Origin: a bacterium
GTDB taxonomy: Bacteria > RBG-13-61-14 > DATKZS01
DNA: 64,000 nt
Assembly: GCA_963674965.2 (NCBI GenBank)
Contig: CAXXFL010000003.1
Coordinates: forward strand, 288,001 to 352,000
Direction of reading: 5' to 3'
The notes beneath the pieces were generated by a model that worked only from the letters and a program-made list of their open reading frames with translations, was not told where the DNA came from and did no database searches. This document shows positions 18,301-28,152 of this stretch, piece by piece. Made by a program: the position numbers and the translations under genes. The first letter of the stretch is position 1. Every line of letters begins with the position of its first letter.

Positions 18301-21300
18301 TCATCTTTTTTTGTCGTCCCGGACCGGCACGAGTTTATTCAACCTGGTGAAATAGATACCCGTCTCCTTGACCTTTTCGCCCAGGCACGCCTCGAGGCTT
18401 TCCTTGTACAGCTCGACTTGAGGCGCGTATCTTTTCGCCTCCCTCTTCGCCGCGGCCTCGGTCACGGCGTCGGTCTTATAATCGATCACCACCCAGCCGT
18501 CCTCTTCCCGGAAGGCCAGATCGATTACGCCTTTTATCAATAGCGGCTTGGACGAGTCCTTGGCCACCGCTCGCTGGAAAGGTACCTCGGTTAAGACGAC
18601 TTTCGCCCGGGCGGCCCGCCGCCAGACGTCCGAGGCCATGACCGAGGAGACGACGCCCAGGGCCTCGCTCGCGAGCGACGGGTCCAGGTCGTTATCCTGG
18701 AGAATGGCCTCGGCGTAAGAGCAAAGGTCGGCGCCGGGTTTTCGCGCCGCCAGATGAAGGAGCTGGTGGATGACCGATCCCCACTCCGGGCCGCTTTCCC
18801 CGGCGCGGCTTTCGGAAAAGGGCGTCGGCTGGCCCGACGTCCCGGTCCCGGTATCGGCGGGTCGGACCTTGGCCGCCGCCCCGTGAGCCTCGGCCGAGGA
18901 CAAGGCGTAATCCTTGGCGCCCCGGGAATCGATACTCGGCTCCCTCGAGGCGCGGTAACGCTCCGCCATGGCGCGCCCGGCCTCGGCCGCCTCCTCCGGG
19001 GACATGGCCGCGGCGTCCCTGGCCGTCGGCGGCTGGGCCTCGGGGTCGGATATCTCAGGCGCGTCCGCCAGGCGTTCCCCGAAAAAACGCCAGGGGTTGT
19101 GACCGTTATAACTTCCCTTTTGCGTAACGATAAGGGCCGAGCCCGCCCGGGTGGCGGCCACGTATCTAAGGCGAAGCTCCTCGGCCTTTAAAAAGCCCCG
19201 CTCCTTTTCCATCAGGTCCTTCCAGTCAGCGGAGTGCGCCAGGAGAGGGCCTTGTCCCCGGCCCTTACTCTCCCCGTACAGCGCCATGTAGCCTCGTGTA
19301 ACTCCCCCCGAGCGGTCAACGTGGAGGGTCACCGGATGATCGCCTCCACCAGAGGCGTCGGCCAGGAAGACGACGGGGGCCTCCAGTCCCTTGGCCTTGT
19401 GAAGGTTCATGATCCTGACGCGGGGCTCGAGGTCGGCCGTGGCCGGGATTCCGTCCTCTTTGGCCTCCCCCGAGGCGATCGAGCCCAGCAGATCGGCCAT
19501 CCCCGCGACGGACCGGGACCGCCCGTTCTCGAGGCGGGCCAGCTCGACGGCCTTGGCCAGCCCGCCCGCCGCCAAGTCTCCCGCGGGGCGGGCCGAGGCC
19601 AGGGCGAAAAGGCCCAAGTCCGAGGCGATCCTTTCCAACGCGGCCGCCGCGGGCATGGAGGCCAGCCATTCCGAGTAAGTCGAGAGCCTGGAAAAGGCCT
19701 CGATGATCGCTCGGCCCCCCTCTCCCTCGAGCCCTTCCGGAGGCGGCGCCTTGAAGTTGAATTCGCCGCCGCCCTTTTTGAACTCGTATAGCGCCGCGTC
19801 GCTCGCCCCGAAAAGCTCGCTCCTTAAGAGACCGACCAGGGCCGAGGGATCGTCCGGCCGGTTAAGGCAAAGAAGACACTTGTAAAGCAGTCCGATTTCC
19901 TCGATCTCGGCCAGTGACGACCCTCCGGTCACGCGGCAGGGTATTCCGTAGCCGGCCAGCCCGGCCTCGAAGGCGCTCAGGTTTGTCGTGTTGCGCGTGA
20001 TAATAAGGAAGTCAGAGGCGTTAACCCTGGACGAGGCGCCATGGGCCAACTCCTTTTCCGAGCGGGTCACGGTCAGCCCCTTGTCAAGGGCGTCCCTGAT
20101 GATCCTGGCTATCCGGCCGGTCTCGTACTCCAGGGCCGCCGCCTTATTGCCGCACCGGCTTTTGGGGATGGTGAGCTTGAAAGGCCCGGTCAGATCGCCG
20201 ATCTCTCCGTCGCCCCGTCCGACCTCGAGCCGAGAGTAGGCGGGCGACTCGTCCGATGGGGCGGACCTGAACCGGAGCATGTCGCCCTTTTCGCCGAAGG
20301 TCTCGCCGCCGTCCGGGCCGAAGACCTGGTTGACCCAGCCGATGACCGAGCCCGTGGTCCTGAAGTTGGCCGTCAGGTTTACCACCGTTCCGCCGCCGGC
20401 CTCGATGATTTTCTTGACCTCGTTATAGGTCATGACGTCGGCGCGCCGGAAGCGGTAGATCGACTGCTTGGGGTCTCCCACCACGAAGAGGGACCCCGGC
20501 CGGGGAACGCATTTGCGCCAGTCTTTCTCGACCTGGCTCGAGGCCGTGAGCAGCGTCATGACCTCGGCCTGGATGGGGTCCGTGTCCTGGAACTCGTCCA
20601 CCAAAAGGTGACTCCAGCGCCTGGCGAAGTAGCGCCTTACGTGAGGAAAGTCGCGAAGGAGGCGGGCCGAGATCATAAGAAGGTCCTGGAAGTTTAAAAG
20701 CCCCCGCGACCTCCTGGCCTCGTCGTAAATCTCCCGCGCCTTGATCAGGGCCGCGAGGGCGGCAGCGTACCGCTTCTCCCGCCACCTGGCCAGAAGGGGG
20801 GCCGCCGCCTCGTTCATCTCCATCCAGCGGGCCTTCTCCGCCTTGGCGTCGTCTCCGGTAAAGACCTTGGTTTTTATCCACTCCTTTTGCACGATGGAGG
20901 GATTGGACTCGAAGCAACACAAAACCTCGGCCGCGCAGGCCGGGTCGGACATGTCTCCCCTGTGCCTCACCAGAAGGGGAACGCTTTTATACTTCGGTAT
21001 CAGAGCGTCGTTTCCGCACTCGTCGGGAAGATGAGGGCGCGTCTCGAGCATGTGGTCCACGTAGCTTAGGACCTTTTTCGCCACGCCCGAGGAGATAAGA
21101 TCGACGTCCGCGGGCTCGGGCGCGGGCCATTCGTCCACGTCGGGAAAGTCGGCGAAGCGCCTGAAAGCGCCGGCCAGGTCTCCGGCCCCCAGTCCGGCTT
21201 CCCTTAGCTTCGCGGCCGTCTCCGCTTCCGCCCCGGCCGCGAGCCTGGCGGCGAACTCGTTCCAGGCCTCGTCCCGAAGCGCCGCGTCGGCCTCGTCGTC

Positions 21301-21708
21301 CATCTCCTGGAAGGCCAGGTCCACCCGCGCCTCGACCGGCCGCTCGCGGAGCAGTCTCGCGCAAAAGGAATGGATGGTGCCGATGAAGCACTTGTCCACG
21401 TCGGCCGCGGCCCTTGCCAGCCGGTCCCGCTCGGCCCCGTCCGCCTCGGCGGCTGCCCGCTCGAGGGCCACCCGGAACTTGGCCCGAAGCTCGGAGGCCG
21501 CCTTGCGGGTAAAGGTCACGGCCGCCATCTTGCCGACGGACGAGCATTTTCCCGAGCGGATCAGGGCCGTCATCCTGCCGATCATGCTCGTGGTTTTGCC
21601 CGCTCCGGCTCCGGCCTCGACCAGCATGCTTTGGCCCAGCTCGGTCAGTATAAGCTCCCGGGCCTCGTTGTCCGGCGGAAGGGAAGGGCGATGATCGGAT
21701 CGGCTCAT
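18301..21708 (-). CDS. addA: AddA-like UvrD superfamily-1 helicase-nuclease
   Basis: EAGAGAGKT, VDEFQDT, VGDPKQSIYRFRRAD, HKAKGLE, RLRYVAATRA; C-terminal GVIDL...IDYKT nuclease. Confidence 0.88.
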   Translation of the reverse strand: MSRSDHRPSLPPDNEARELILTELGQSMLVEAGAGAGKTTSMIGRMTALIRSGKCSSVGKMAAVTFTRKAASELRAKFRVALERAAAEADGAERDRLARAAADVDKCFIGTIHSFCARLLRERPVEARVDLAFQEMDDEADAALRDEAWNEFAARLAAGAEAETAAKLREAGLGAGDLAGAFRRFADFPDVDEWPAPEPADVDLISSGVAKKVLSYVDHMLETRPHLPDECGNDALIPKYKSVPLLVRHRGDMSDPACAAEVLCCFESNPSIVQKEWIKTKVFTGDDAKAEKARWMEMNEAAAPLLARWREKRYAAALAALIKAREIYDEARRSRGLLNFQDLLMISARLLRDFPHVRRYFARRWSHLLVDEFQDTDPIQAEVMTLLTASSQVEKDWRKCVPRPGSLFVVGDPKQSIYRFRRADVMTYNEVKKIIEAGGGTVVNLTANFRTTGSVIGWVNQVFGPDGGETFGEKGDMLRFRSAPSDESPAYSRLEVGRGDGEIGDLTGPFKLTIPKSRCGNKAAALEYETGRIARIIRDALDKGLTVTRSEKELAHGASSRVNASDFLIITRNTTNLSAFEAGLAGYGIPCRVTGGSSLAEIEEIGLLYKCLLCLNRPDDPSALVGLLRSELFGASDAALYEFKKGGGEFNFKAPPPEGLEGEGGRAIIEAFSRLSTYSEWLASMPAAAALERIASDLGLFALASARPAGDLAAGGLAKAVELARLENGRSRSVAGMADLLGSIASGEAKEDGIPATADLEPRVRIMNLHKAKGLEAPVVFLADASGGGDHPVTLHVDRSGGVTRGYMALYGESKGRGQGPLLAHSADWKDLMEKERGFLKAEELRLRYVAATRAGSALIVTQKGSYNGHNPWRFFGERLADAPEISDPEAQPPTARDAAAMSPEEAAEAGRAMAERYRASREPSIDSRGAKDYALSSAEAHGAAAKVRPADTGTGTSGQPTPFSESRAGESGPEWGSVIHQLLHLAARKPGADLCSYAEAILQDNDLDPSLASEALGVVSSVMASDVWRRAARAKVVLTEVPFQRAVAKDSSKPLLIKGVIDLAFREEDGWVVIDYKTDAVTEAAAKREAKRYAPQVELYKESLEACLGEKVKETGIYFTRLNKLVPVRDDKKR

Positions 21709-24700
21709 CTCTTGCCCTCCTCTTTGGCTCGAAGGCGGGCGAAGGCCGCAAGGCGCGGGTCGGAGGCCATCTTGGCGAGGACCGAGCGGGCCCGTTCCTC
21801 CATCTCCGCCTCCGGCCCGAAGGCCGCGCCGTAGTCGGTGAATTTCACGTCGTCCACCTCGCTGGTAAAGGGGAAAGTTCCCGAGGCTATCATCGAGCAG
21901 AGGTCCTCGATGATTTCCCGGCCCCGGAGGAGGTCCTCGGCCTTCCAGCCAAGGCGCTCGCCGTATCCTTTCGGGCCCGTGAACAAATAGGAAAAGCCGT
22001 CGGCCTCGGCGCCGGGAAAAGTCTCGTCAAGTCGCGCCTGGAGCATGGCCAGGTACAGGGCCCCCTGGAGGGACCGCCCGCAATTGAAAGGCGGAGCGAT
22101 CTTGAACTTGTAGGGTGACCCGGTTTTGTAATCGACCACCGAGTAGCCGGCCCCTATCGAGCCGAGGTCGGAGTCGACCCGGTCTATCCGTCCCCTGACC
22201 CGGACGCGCCCGCCCGAGGGCAGCTCGATCTCGACGGGAGACCTCGAGTCGAGGGGGGTCCCGTCCCCCACCGGAGGAAGCCCGATCGAGGCCTCGAGGA
22301 AACAGGGACGAGAAGAGCGGCGGCACTCCTCCTCCTCGGCGGCGAATATTCCCGCGGCCAGGTGAAGCTCGGCCCGGTCGCGCTCGAGGGCCTCGGGGTT
22401 GGGAGGAGGGTTGTCGGCCTTCTCGAGCTCGATCAGCTCGTCCACCACGCGTATAAGCTCGGGCAGGTCCCTTTCCTTTCGGGGCGAGAGTCCGTTTTTC
22501 TCGAGGCGGTCCACGAACCTGCGAAAGGCCTCGTGAAGAAGTCCTCCCTTTTCTCCGGCGTCCAGCCAGGAAAAGGGATCGGGCTCGTAGTCCTCGGGCA
22601 AGGATATCTCGAGCGCGTAGCGGAAAAAAAATTCCATCGGGCACCTGGCCAGAAGCTCGAGCCCGCTCGAGGACAGCGTCATGCCCCCGGGAAGGAAGGG
22701 ATCGAGGTCCACGCCGGCGGCTTCCACGCGGCCGTCGTACTCGGTGAAGGCGCTCGAGCGCCGGGCCTCCCTCGCGAGTTTGCCCCGCCCCAGGTTGGGA
22801 AAACAAAGCGCCGCTATCTCCTCGGCGTTCGAGGGCTTGTTCTTCCCGGCCAGCCTCCACGTCCACCACTCGTGGGCCAGGGCGGCCCCCTCCCCCGAGG
22901 AGGCGGAAAAGGACTCGGGCGGGCCAAGCCAGGCCGCCATGTCCTCGAGGGCACCGTCCCGGCGGCCCGATAAAATCCTGTAGGCGTTGATGAGGAAAAG
23001 ACCGGGAAAGTTATCCCGCCCATCCTCCACCGACGAGCTCGGGTAGCTGAGGCAAACCTTACCCCTCGAGCGGCATAAAAGCCGGACCAGGTCCTCGGCC
23101 CCCCGTCTAACGCGGCCGGCCGCGGTGGGTAGGGCCGAGCTTAAGTTGCCCCTCTCCTCGTCGAGGATGATGGGGTCCTGGAGGCCCGCGCCGGGAAAGC
23201 GGCCCTCATCGAGCCCGATGACGAAGAGGCAGGGCCGGCCCGAGTGGCCCCCGCCCCGAAGAGACGACACGTGGACCCGGCCGGGACGAGGTCCAAGGCC
23301 CTCGGCGCTCATGCCATCGGGAAGCTCCTCGATCCAGCTCAAGGCGTCGAAGCCAGGAACGTCGCCCTCCTCCAGGACCTCGGCCATCTCCCGGAGGCGC
23401 CTTTGCATGGCGTGGAGAACGTACTCGTCCAGCCTGTTGGCCGAGCGGGCCATGGCCTCGGCCATCTCGGCCGCCTTGGAAAGGATTCGGCCCTGCCCGT
23501 CGCCGGGACCGGGCGAGAAACCCATAAGCCGCTCGGCCAGGTCGGCCAGTCCCTTCAGCGCGGCCAGTCTTCTTTTAAGCGAATCGGAAGAAGGAGAGTC
23601 GTCCTCGAGGGCCCCGATCTTTCTCGAGCGCTTTATCCTGGCGGACAAGGCGTCGATCTCGCGCTCGATAATGGGCTGGTACGAGTCCCGCCCCAGTCCG
23701 ATGGGAAGGGGACGGAGGGCGGCGGCCAGGGCCGAGTAACCGGCCGAGCCGCTCTCGGCCGCCTCGGCGATCAGGAGTCCTTCCCCGATCATCCGGGCCA
23801 GGCTCGACTGCGGATACCCGTCCTTTATCCACCGGGCCCAGGCGGACAGCGCCCGGGCGGGGCGGGCGTACCTGGCGGGTATCCCCTCCGCGAAGGTGGC
23901 GGGTATCTCGCCGGACTCGCCGGCGGCCAGGAGGGAGGCCGTCTCGAACAGGCGGGGAACGTAGGCGCCGTAGTCGGTGTGCACGATCTCGACCTGGTCG
24001 AAGGGCACGCCCTCGGCAAGTACGCGGCGGAACACGGCCCGGACCTCGTTGGTCTCTCCCGCGGCGCTGAAGATGGAGGCCGAGCCGTCGCCCCTGGCCG
24101 CGGGCGCCCTCGAGGGCTCGCCTATCCATGAGAGGAGAGAGGCGTCGGAGCCGGCGTCGGGCCTGGCCGAGCCGGGCCGGTCCACCGGGAGCGTGGCCCG
24201 GGTCCCCTGTGGAATCGACTGCCACAGCTTCTTCTCGAGGCCCGTCAGGCGCTCGGCGTCGTCGGCGGGCATGATGACGACGGCGCCCTCACCCAGGACG
24301 TCGTCCTCAACGCGGACCCGCTCCGAGGCCATGGCCAGGACGTCGGCGTAGTCGGCGAGCTTTTGGCGATCGAGCTCGGACTCGTACTCGGACAGGGCGT
24401 CCAGGACCTCGCGTCCTTTGTCCTGCACCTCGAAGGCCGCGGGGTTGAGTCGAAACGATCCCACCCCCGCCATCCTCAAGTCCAGGAGGGTTGAAAGGAG
24501 CGCCCCGTAAACGCCGGGACCGGGCTCGAGGCTGGCCAGGTAGTCGTGGCCCTTGTCCTGGAGGCGGGAGAATATTTCGGCCGCCAGCGCCTCCTGCCTG
24601 GCGCCGGCCAAATAGGACATGCCTTGCCGTCCTAGCTCGGCCGAGGCCAGCTCGAGGGCCAGGCCGGCCATGGTGGTCACTCGGGCGTTAAAGGCGGGCG

Positions 24701-24839
24701 CCCCGGCCAGGGTTGCCGCGTCGAGCCATTGTCTTCCCACCCTTCTGGTGGGGGCCAGGATTATCTTAGGCTCCAGCCGCCTTTTCTGGAGGACTCGAGC
24801 GAGGGCGCCGGTCATTTCATTCAAAACGGTTGAGGTCAC
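21705..24839 (-). CDS. addB: AddB-like inactive helicase plus PD-(D/E)XK nuclease
   Basis: LSSSGLELLARCP, RGRIDRVD, VVDYKTG, LQGALY; ATGA overlap with the addA-like gene. Confidence 0.83.
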   Translation of the reverse strand: MTSTVLNEMTGALARVLQKRRLEPKIILAPTRRVGRQWLDAATLAGAPAFNARVTTMAGLALELASAELGRQGMSYLAGARQEALAAEIFSRLQDKGHDYLASLEPGPGVYGALLSTLLDLRMAGVGSFRLNPAAFEVQDKGREVLDALSEYESELDRQKLADYADVLAMASERVRVEDDVLGEGAVVIMPADDAERLTGLEKKLWQSIPQGTRATLPVDRPGSARPDAGSDASLLSWIGEPSRAPAARGDGSASIFSAAGETNEVRAVFRRVLAEGVPFDQVEIVHTDYGAYVPRLFETASLLAAGESGEIPATFAEGIPARYARPARALSAWARWIKDGYPQSSLARMIGEGLLIAEAAESGSAGYSALAAALRPLPIGLGRDSYQPIIEREIDALSARIKRSRKIGALEDDSPSSDSLKRRLAALKGLADLAERLMGFSPGPGDGQGRILSKAAEMAEAMARSANRLDEYVLHAMQRRLREMAEVLEEGDVPGFDALSWIEELPDGMSAEGLGPRPGRVHVSSLRGGGHSGRPCLFVIGLDEGRFPGAGLQDPIILDEERGNLSSALPTAAGRVRRGAEDLVRLLCRSRGKVCLSYPSSSVEDGRDNFPGLFLINAYRILSGRRDGALEDMAAWLGPPESFSASSGEGAALAHEWWTWRLAGKNKPSNAEEIAALCFPNLGRGKLAREARRSSAFTEYDGRVEAAGVDLDPFLPGGMTLSSSGLELLARCPMEFFFRYALEISLPEDYEPDPFSWLDAGEKGGLLHEAFRRFVDRLEKNGLSPRKERDLPELIRVVDELIELEKADNPPPNPEALERDRAELHLAAGIFAAEEEECRRSSRPCFLEASIGLPPVGDGTPLDSRSPVEIELPSGGRVRVRGRIDRVDSDLGSIGAGYSVVDYKTGSPYKFKIAPPFNCGRSLQGALYLAMLQARLDETFPGAEADGFSYLFTGPKGYGERLGWKAEDLLRGREIIEDLCSMIASGTFPFTSEVDDVKFTDYGAAFGPEAEMEERARSVLAKMASDPRLAAFARLRAKEEGKR

Positions 24840-25042
24840 TTGGCTTTTTTCTCCCTTTGATCGATATGCGTCGTCCCGGGCGTATTTTCGCCCAATCCGT
24901 GATTAATTTCCAGCCGGAGGGGGCGGGAGGCCCCGGCGCGGGAGGGCCGGCCAATTTTTCGATGGACAACGGCGCAAGGTTTGGTTATGATAGACGCCGT
25001 GCCGATCGGCCGTTTTGGTATCCGTTCAAGGAGGAGCGCGAA

Positions 25043-26365
25043 ATGAGGAGCTGGGCGTCATTGGTGGTAACGTTGTTGGCGGTAGCGCTTTGCCATTCCT
25101 GCGCGGTGAAGAGCTATCCGCGCTCGGTCAACGCCCTCGAGGAATACGCCACCACCGCGGCCCACACCGTCGATATAGTGGCGGGCAAGGTGGCCCCGAA
25201 GGAAAAGACGGGAAGGAAATACGACCTGACCCGCCAGACCCCCTTTATCGAGTACTCCTTTTACATGGACGACAGGTTCAAGGGAAACCCCAAGGCCTTT
25301 TACCCGGCGCCCAAGACCGTTCCCCTCGTCCAGATAGTGGACAAGTTCAAGGACAACAAGAAGCGCGAGATAATGCTCATGAAATGGAAGAGCCAGTACC
25401 GGCCCCAGAACCCGGACTTCGCGCTTTACTACGAGACCTACGTCGAGAACCAGGACGCCTGGGCTATCTTCGCCCGGAGCAAGAAAAAGAACCAGGGCGC
25501 CATCATCGTATGCCACAAGTGGACGGGAACGGACCTCCGTCGCGTCTGGAGGCGCGGCAACTACGACAAATATCTGAAGAAGGGCTACGACGTTCTTCTT
25601 CTCCAGCAGCCCTATCACGGTTTCCGCAGCCTCGAGGGATCGGTCTTCTCGGGCGAGAAGAACCTCTCCGGCGAGGTGGCATCGGTCAACGAGGCCATGT
25701 GCCAGGCCGTGACCGATATTAGGAGCATGGTAAGCTGGCTCAAGAAAAAGCGGGAGTACGAGGTAGTGGGAGTGCTGGGCTACAGCCTGGGCGGGACCGC
25801 GGCACTCCAGGCGGCGGTGGTGGACAAGAACATCGACTTCGTGGTGGCCTGGAAGCCGCCCACCTCTCTGGGCGACGTGAGCCAGGAGTCTCCCCTCGCG
25901 CCCTTCGCCGTCCAGGCCATGAGGATGTCCGACCTGGACCAGGAGGCGGTCAAGAGGATACTGTACGTGTCCGGCCCGGCCAACTTCAATCCCTCCGTCA
26001 GCCCCGACGACGTGATCGTCTTCGCCGGCATGGGCGATACCTTCGTCCCGCCCGAGCAGCCCCTGTTCCTGATCAACCGGTGGGGCGTGAGCAAGGTCGT
26101 CTGGTACGCGGGCGGCCATTACCTCAATATGCAAAAGCCCCTTTGCAAGCGGGAGGAAAGGAAGTTCCTCGACCGGCGGCTGCCCGGCTACGAGGAGCCG
26201 CCCGAGTTCAGTTGGGACAAGCTCTTCAAAAAGGACAAGGACAAGAACAAGGACGTAAAAGACCAGGACAAGGACGGGGCGAAAGAGGAAAAGAAGTCGA
26301 AAAAGAAAAAGAAATGGTGGGACGCGAGGACCTGGAAAAAGGACAAGCCCAAAGATGGGAAATAA
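25043..26365 (+). CDS. Exported alpha/beta hydrolase (probable lipoprotein) with Lys-rich tail
   Basis: SD AAGGAGGAG before ATG 25043; signal ending in HSC; GYSLGG nucleophile elbow; GMGDTFVP; GGHY. Confidence 0.85.
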   Translation: MRSWASLVVTLLAVALCHSCAVKSYPRSVNALEEYATTAAHTVDIVAGKVAPKEKTGRKYDLTRQTPFIEYSFYMDDRFKGNPKAFYPAPKTVPLVQIVDKFKDNKKREIMLMKWKSQYRPQNPDFALYYETYVENQDAWAIFARSKKKNQGAIIVCHKWTGTDLRRVWRRGNYDKYLKKGYDVLLLQQPYHGFRSLEGSVFSGEKNLSGEVASVNEAMCQAVTDIRSMVSWLKKKREYEVVGVLGYSLGGTAALQAAVVDKNIDFVVAWKPPTSLGDVSQESPLAPFAVQAMRMSDLDQEAVKRILYVSGPANFNPSVSPDDVIVFAGMGDTFVPPEQPLFLINRWGVSKVVWYAGGHYLNMQKPLCKREERKFLDRRLPGYEEPPEFSWDKLFKKDKDKNKDVKDQDKDGAKEEKKSKKKKKWWDARTWKKDKPKDGK

Positions 26366-26577
26366 AGAGGGCTATGGGCCTCCTTCTGGTTCGCGCGTCG
26401 CCACTGGATGATAACCATGGGCGGCCCGGAAAGCCGTCCGCGTCACCCGGGGCGGGGAAGACGTGATTTATTGGCAAGCTCACTTGCCCCTGCTATATTG
26501 ATATAAGGGAACTGGAAAAATAAATCCGGCTTGAACAATTATTTCGTCCGTAACCTCGGACGGCGGAGGATTCGACC

Positions 26578-27864
26578 ATGAAAGCCATGTTCAGAACCAT
26601 ATTGATTATCGCCCTGGCCATCGCGCCCTACGTGCTTACCCTGGGCTGCGCCGACTTCAAGGGCGAGGACGGCGCCGACGGCAGCACCGGCGACATGGGG
26701 CCTCAAGGTCCCGCCGGCTTTCCCTGCGGCTCGCCCGGCTGCGTCCAGACCGACGACATAGCCGACGAGGCCATCACGCTCGCTAAAATGGCGGAGCACT
26801 CGGTGGGTTACGACCAGTTGGTGACCTACCCTATCATCGGGACCACCGTGATAAGGGACGACGCCGTGAACGGGGATAAAATCGATGACGACTCGATTAC
26901 CTCCGATCATATTCTGGACGGAGAGGTCGATACCGATGATATCGCGACGGACGCCGTGACCTCGAACGAGATTGAAGACTTCACCATTTTGCGCGCGGAC
27001 ATGCATGACAACGCCGTCGACACGGACGTTATCCAGGACCTGAGCGTCGGGAACGTGGACCTGGCCGACGACGCGGTGAACTCGAATAAAATCGAGGACC
27101 TGAGCATATCGGAGGACGATATAGCGGACGGGCAGATAACCTACGTGAAAATGGGAAGCAGCGCCATCGGCTTCGAGCAGATGAGGGCCGACGCTATAGG
27201 TTCCAGCGCCCTTAGGACCGACTCGGTGGGCGTCGACGAAATCGCGCCCAACGCGGTGGGCCTCTCCGAGATGGCGGACAACGCCATCGGCCTCGCGGAG
27301 ATGCGGGACGACGCCATCGGCCTCGCGGAGATGCGGGACAACGCCATCGGAAACGACGAGATGCGGGACAACGCCGTGGACACGGCCGAGATCGCCAACG
27401 GCGGGGTCCATACCGAGGACATAGCCTTGAACGCCGTGTCGAACGTTTATACCAACTCGGACGTGAGCCAAGCGGACTTGACCCTGGATATCCAATGGGA
27501 CGACTCGGCTTATCAAACCTTTGTATCCAGGTCTTTTACCGTGGCCCGAGACAACGGTTTCCAGGTGATCATGGTGGATTTCGACGTTCTAAAAGTGAAT
27601 ATGTCCATTCCGCCGGAAAATTCATCGAGCACGATCGGACTTTTTATCGATACCGATACCGATCCCAGAACCGTGGTTACCGCGGGCGGGAGTTCAGGCG
27701 ATATGTCGGTGCATTTCCACTGGGCCGGCCAACTCACTCAGGGCTCGCATGACGTGTATATCAAGATCAAAGACACGAATATCGCCAATCAACACACCAG
27801 GTTTGTAAACAGGCCGGACTCGGAGGGCCACAGGACCATTACCGTCCTGGACTTCGCCCGGTAA
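26578..27864 (+). CDS. Lipoprotein with short collagen-like segment, acidic 10-aa repeats and C-terminal beta-rich domain
   Basis: SD GGAGG; lipobox TLGC; GEDGADGSTGDMGPQGPAG; repeats such as DAIGLAEMRD and NAVDTAEIAN. Confidence 0.82.
   Translation: MKAMFRTILIIALAIAPYVLTLGCADFKGEDGADGSTGDMGPQGPAGFPCGSPGCVQTDDIADEAITLAKMAEHSVGYDQLVTYPIIGTTVIRDDAVNGDKIDDDSITSDHILDGEVDTDDIATDAVTSNEIEDFTILRADMHDNAVDTDVIQDLSVGNVDLADDAVNSNKIEDLSISEDDIADGQITYVKMGSSAIGFEQMRADAIGSSALRTDSVGVDEIAPNAVGLSEMADNAIGLAEMRDDAIGLAEMRDNAIGNDEMRDNAVDTAEIANGGVHTEDIALNAVSNVYTNSDVSQADLTLDIQWDDSAYQTFVSRSFTVARDNGFQVIMVDFDVLKVNMSIPPENSSSTIGLFIDTDTDPRTVVTAGGSSGDMSVHFHWAGQLTQGSHDVYIKIKDTNIANQHTRFVNRPDSEGHRTITVLDFAR
27250..27369 (+). 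repeat. 30-bp coding tandem repeat, 4 copies
   Basis: aacgccatcggcctcgcggagatgcgggac and variants at 27250, 27280, 27310 and 27340. Confidence 0.9.
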
Positions 27865-27874
27865 CGGCCGGGTC

Positions 27875-27957
27875 CCGGGTGACCCGTCCGGTTTCAAAGA
27901 AACCGCGCGGGTCCCGCGAAGCGGGATGGCTATGGAGCCGCTCATCTCTCGTTACCG
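27875..27957. repeat. Palindromic dispersed repeat family A, copy 1
   Basis: ccgggtgacccgtccggtttc..gaaaccgcgcgggtcccgcgaagcgggatgg...ctcgttaccg is directly repeated at 28595-28678. Confidence 0.88.
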
Positions 27958-27993
27958 TTTCTTTCCATCGTTCTCCGACGTCTTGCCAATGTA

Positions 27994-28071
27994 CCTATCC
28001 GCGCGGCGTAAGCCGTTGGATCGTTATATGAGCGACCGGCGAACCTTAGCCCCCTTTCCCGCGCCTTCGGC
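27994..28071. repeat. 78-bp inverted repeat, left copy (family B)
   Basis: Matches the reverse complement of 30091-30168 at 70/78 positions by manual alignment. Confidence 0.9.
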
Positions 28072-28152
28072 GCCCAGATAGCGGAGCTATCCGGGCCACC
28101 GCGGCAAAACCGGCCGGGCCATCCCGCCGTTAGCAATGTTGGTTCCCCGATA

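Noticed and set aside
18301-24839. Helicase plus nuclease pair as a novel defence system or Cas4-like module
   Set aside because: Size, order and motifs fit housekeeping AddAB, and there is no defence-island context.
24830-25042. N-terminal extension of the alpha/beta hydrolase ORF
   Set aside because: It overlaps the divergent addB start; the strong SD and signal peptide point to ATG 25043.
27250-27369. 30-bp repeats as a CRISPR array
   Set aside because: The repeats are contiguous, in frame, have no spacers and encode the 10-aa protein repeat.
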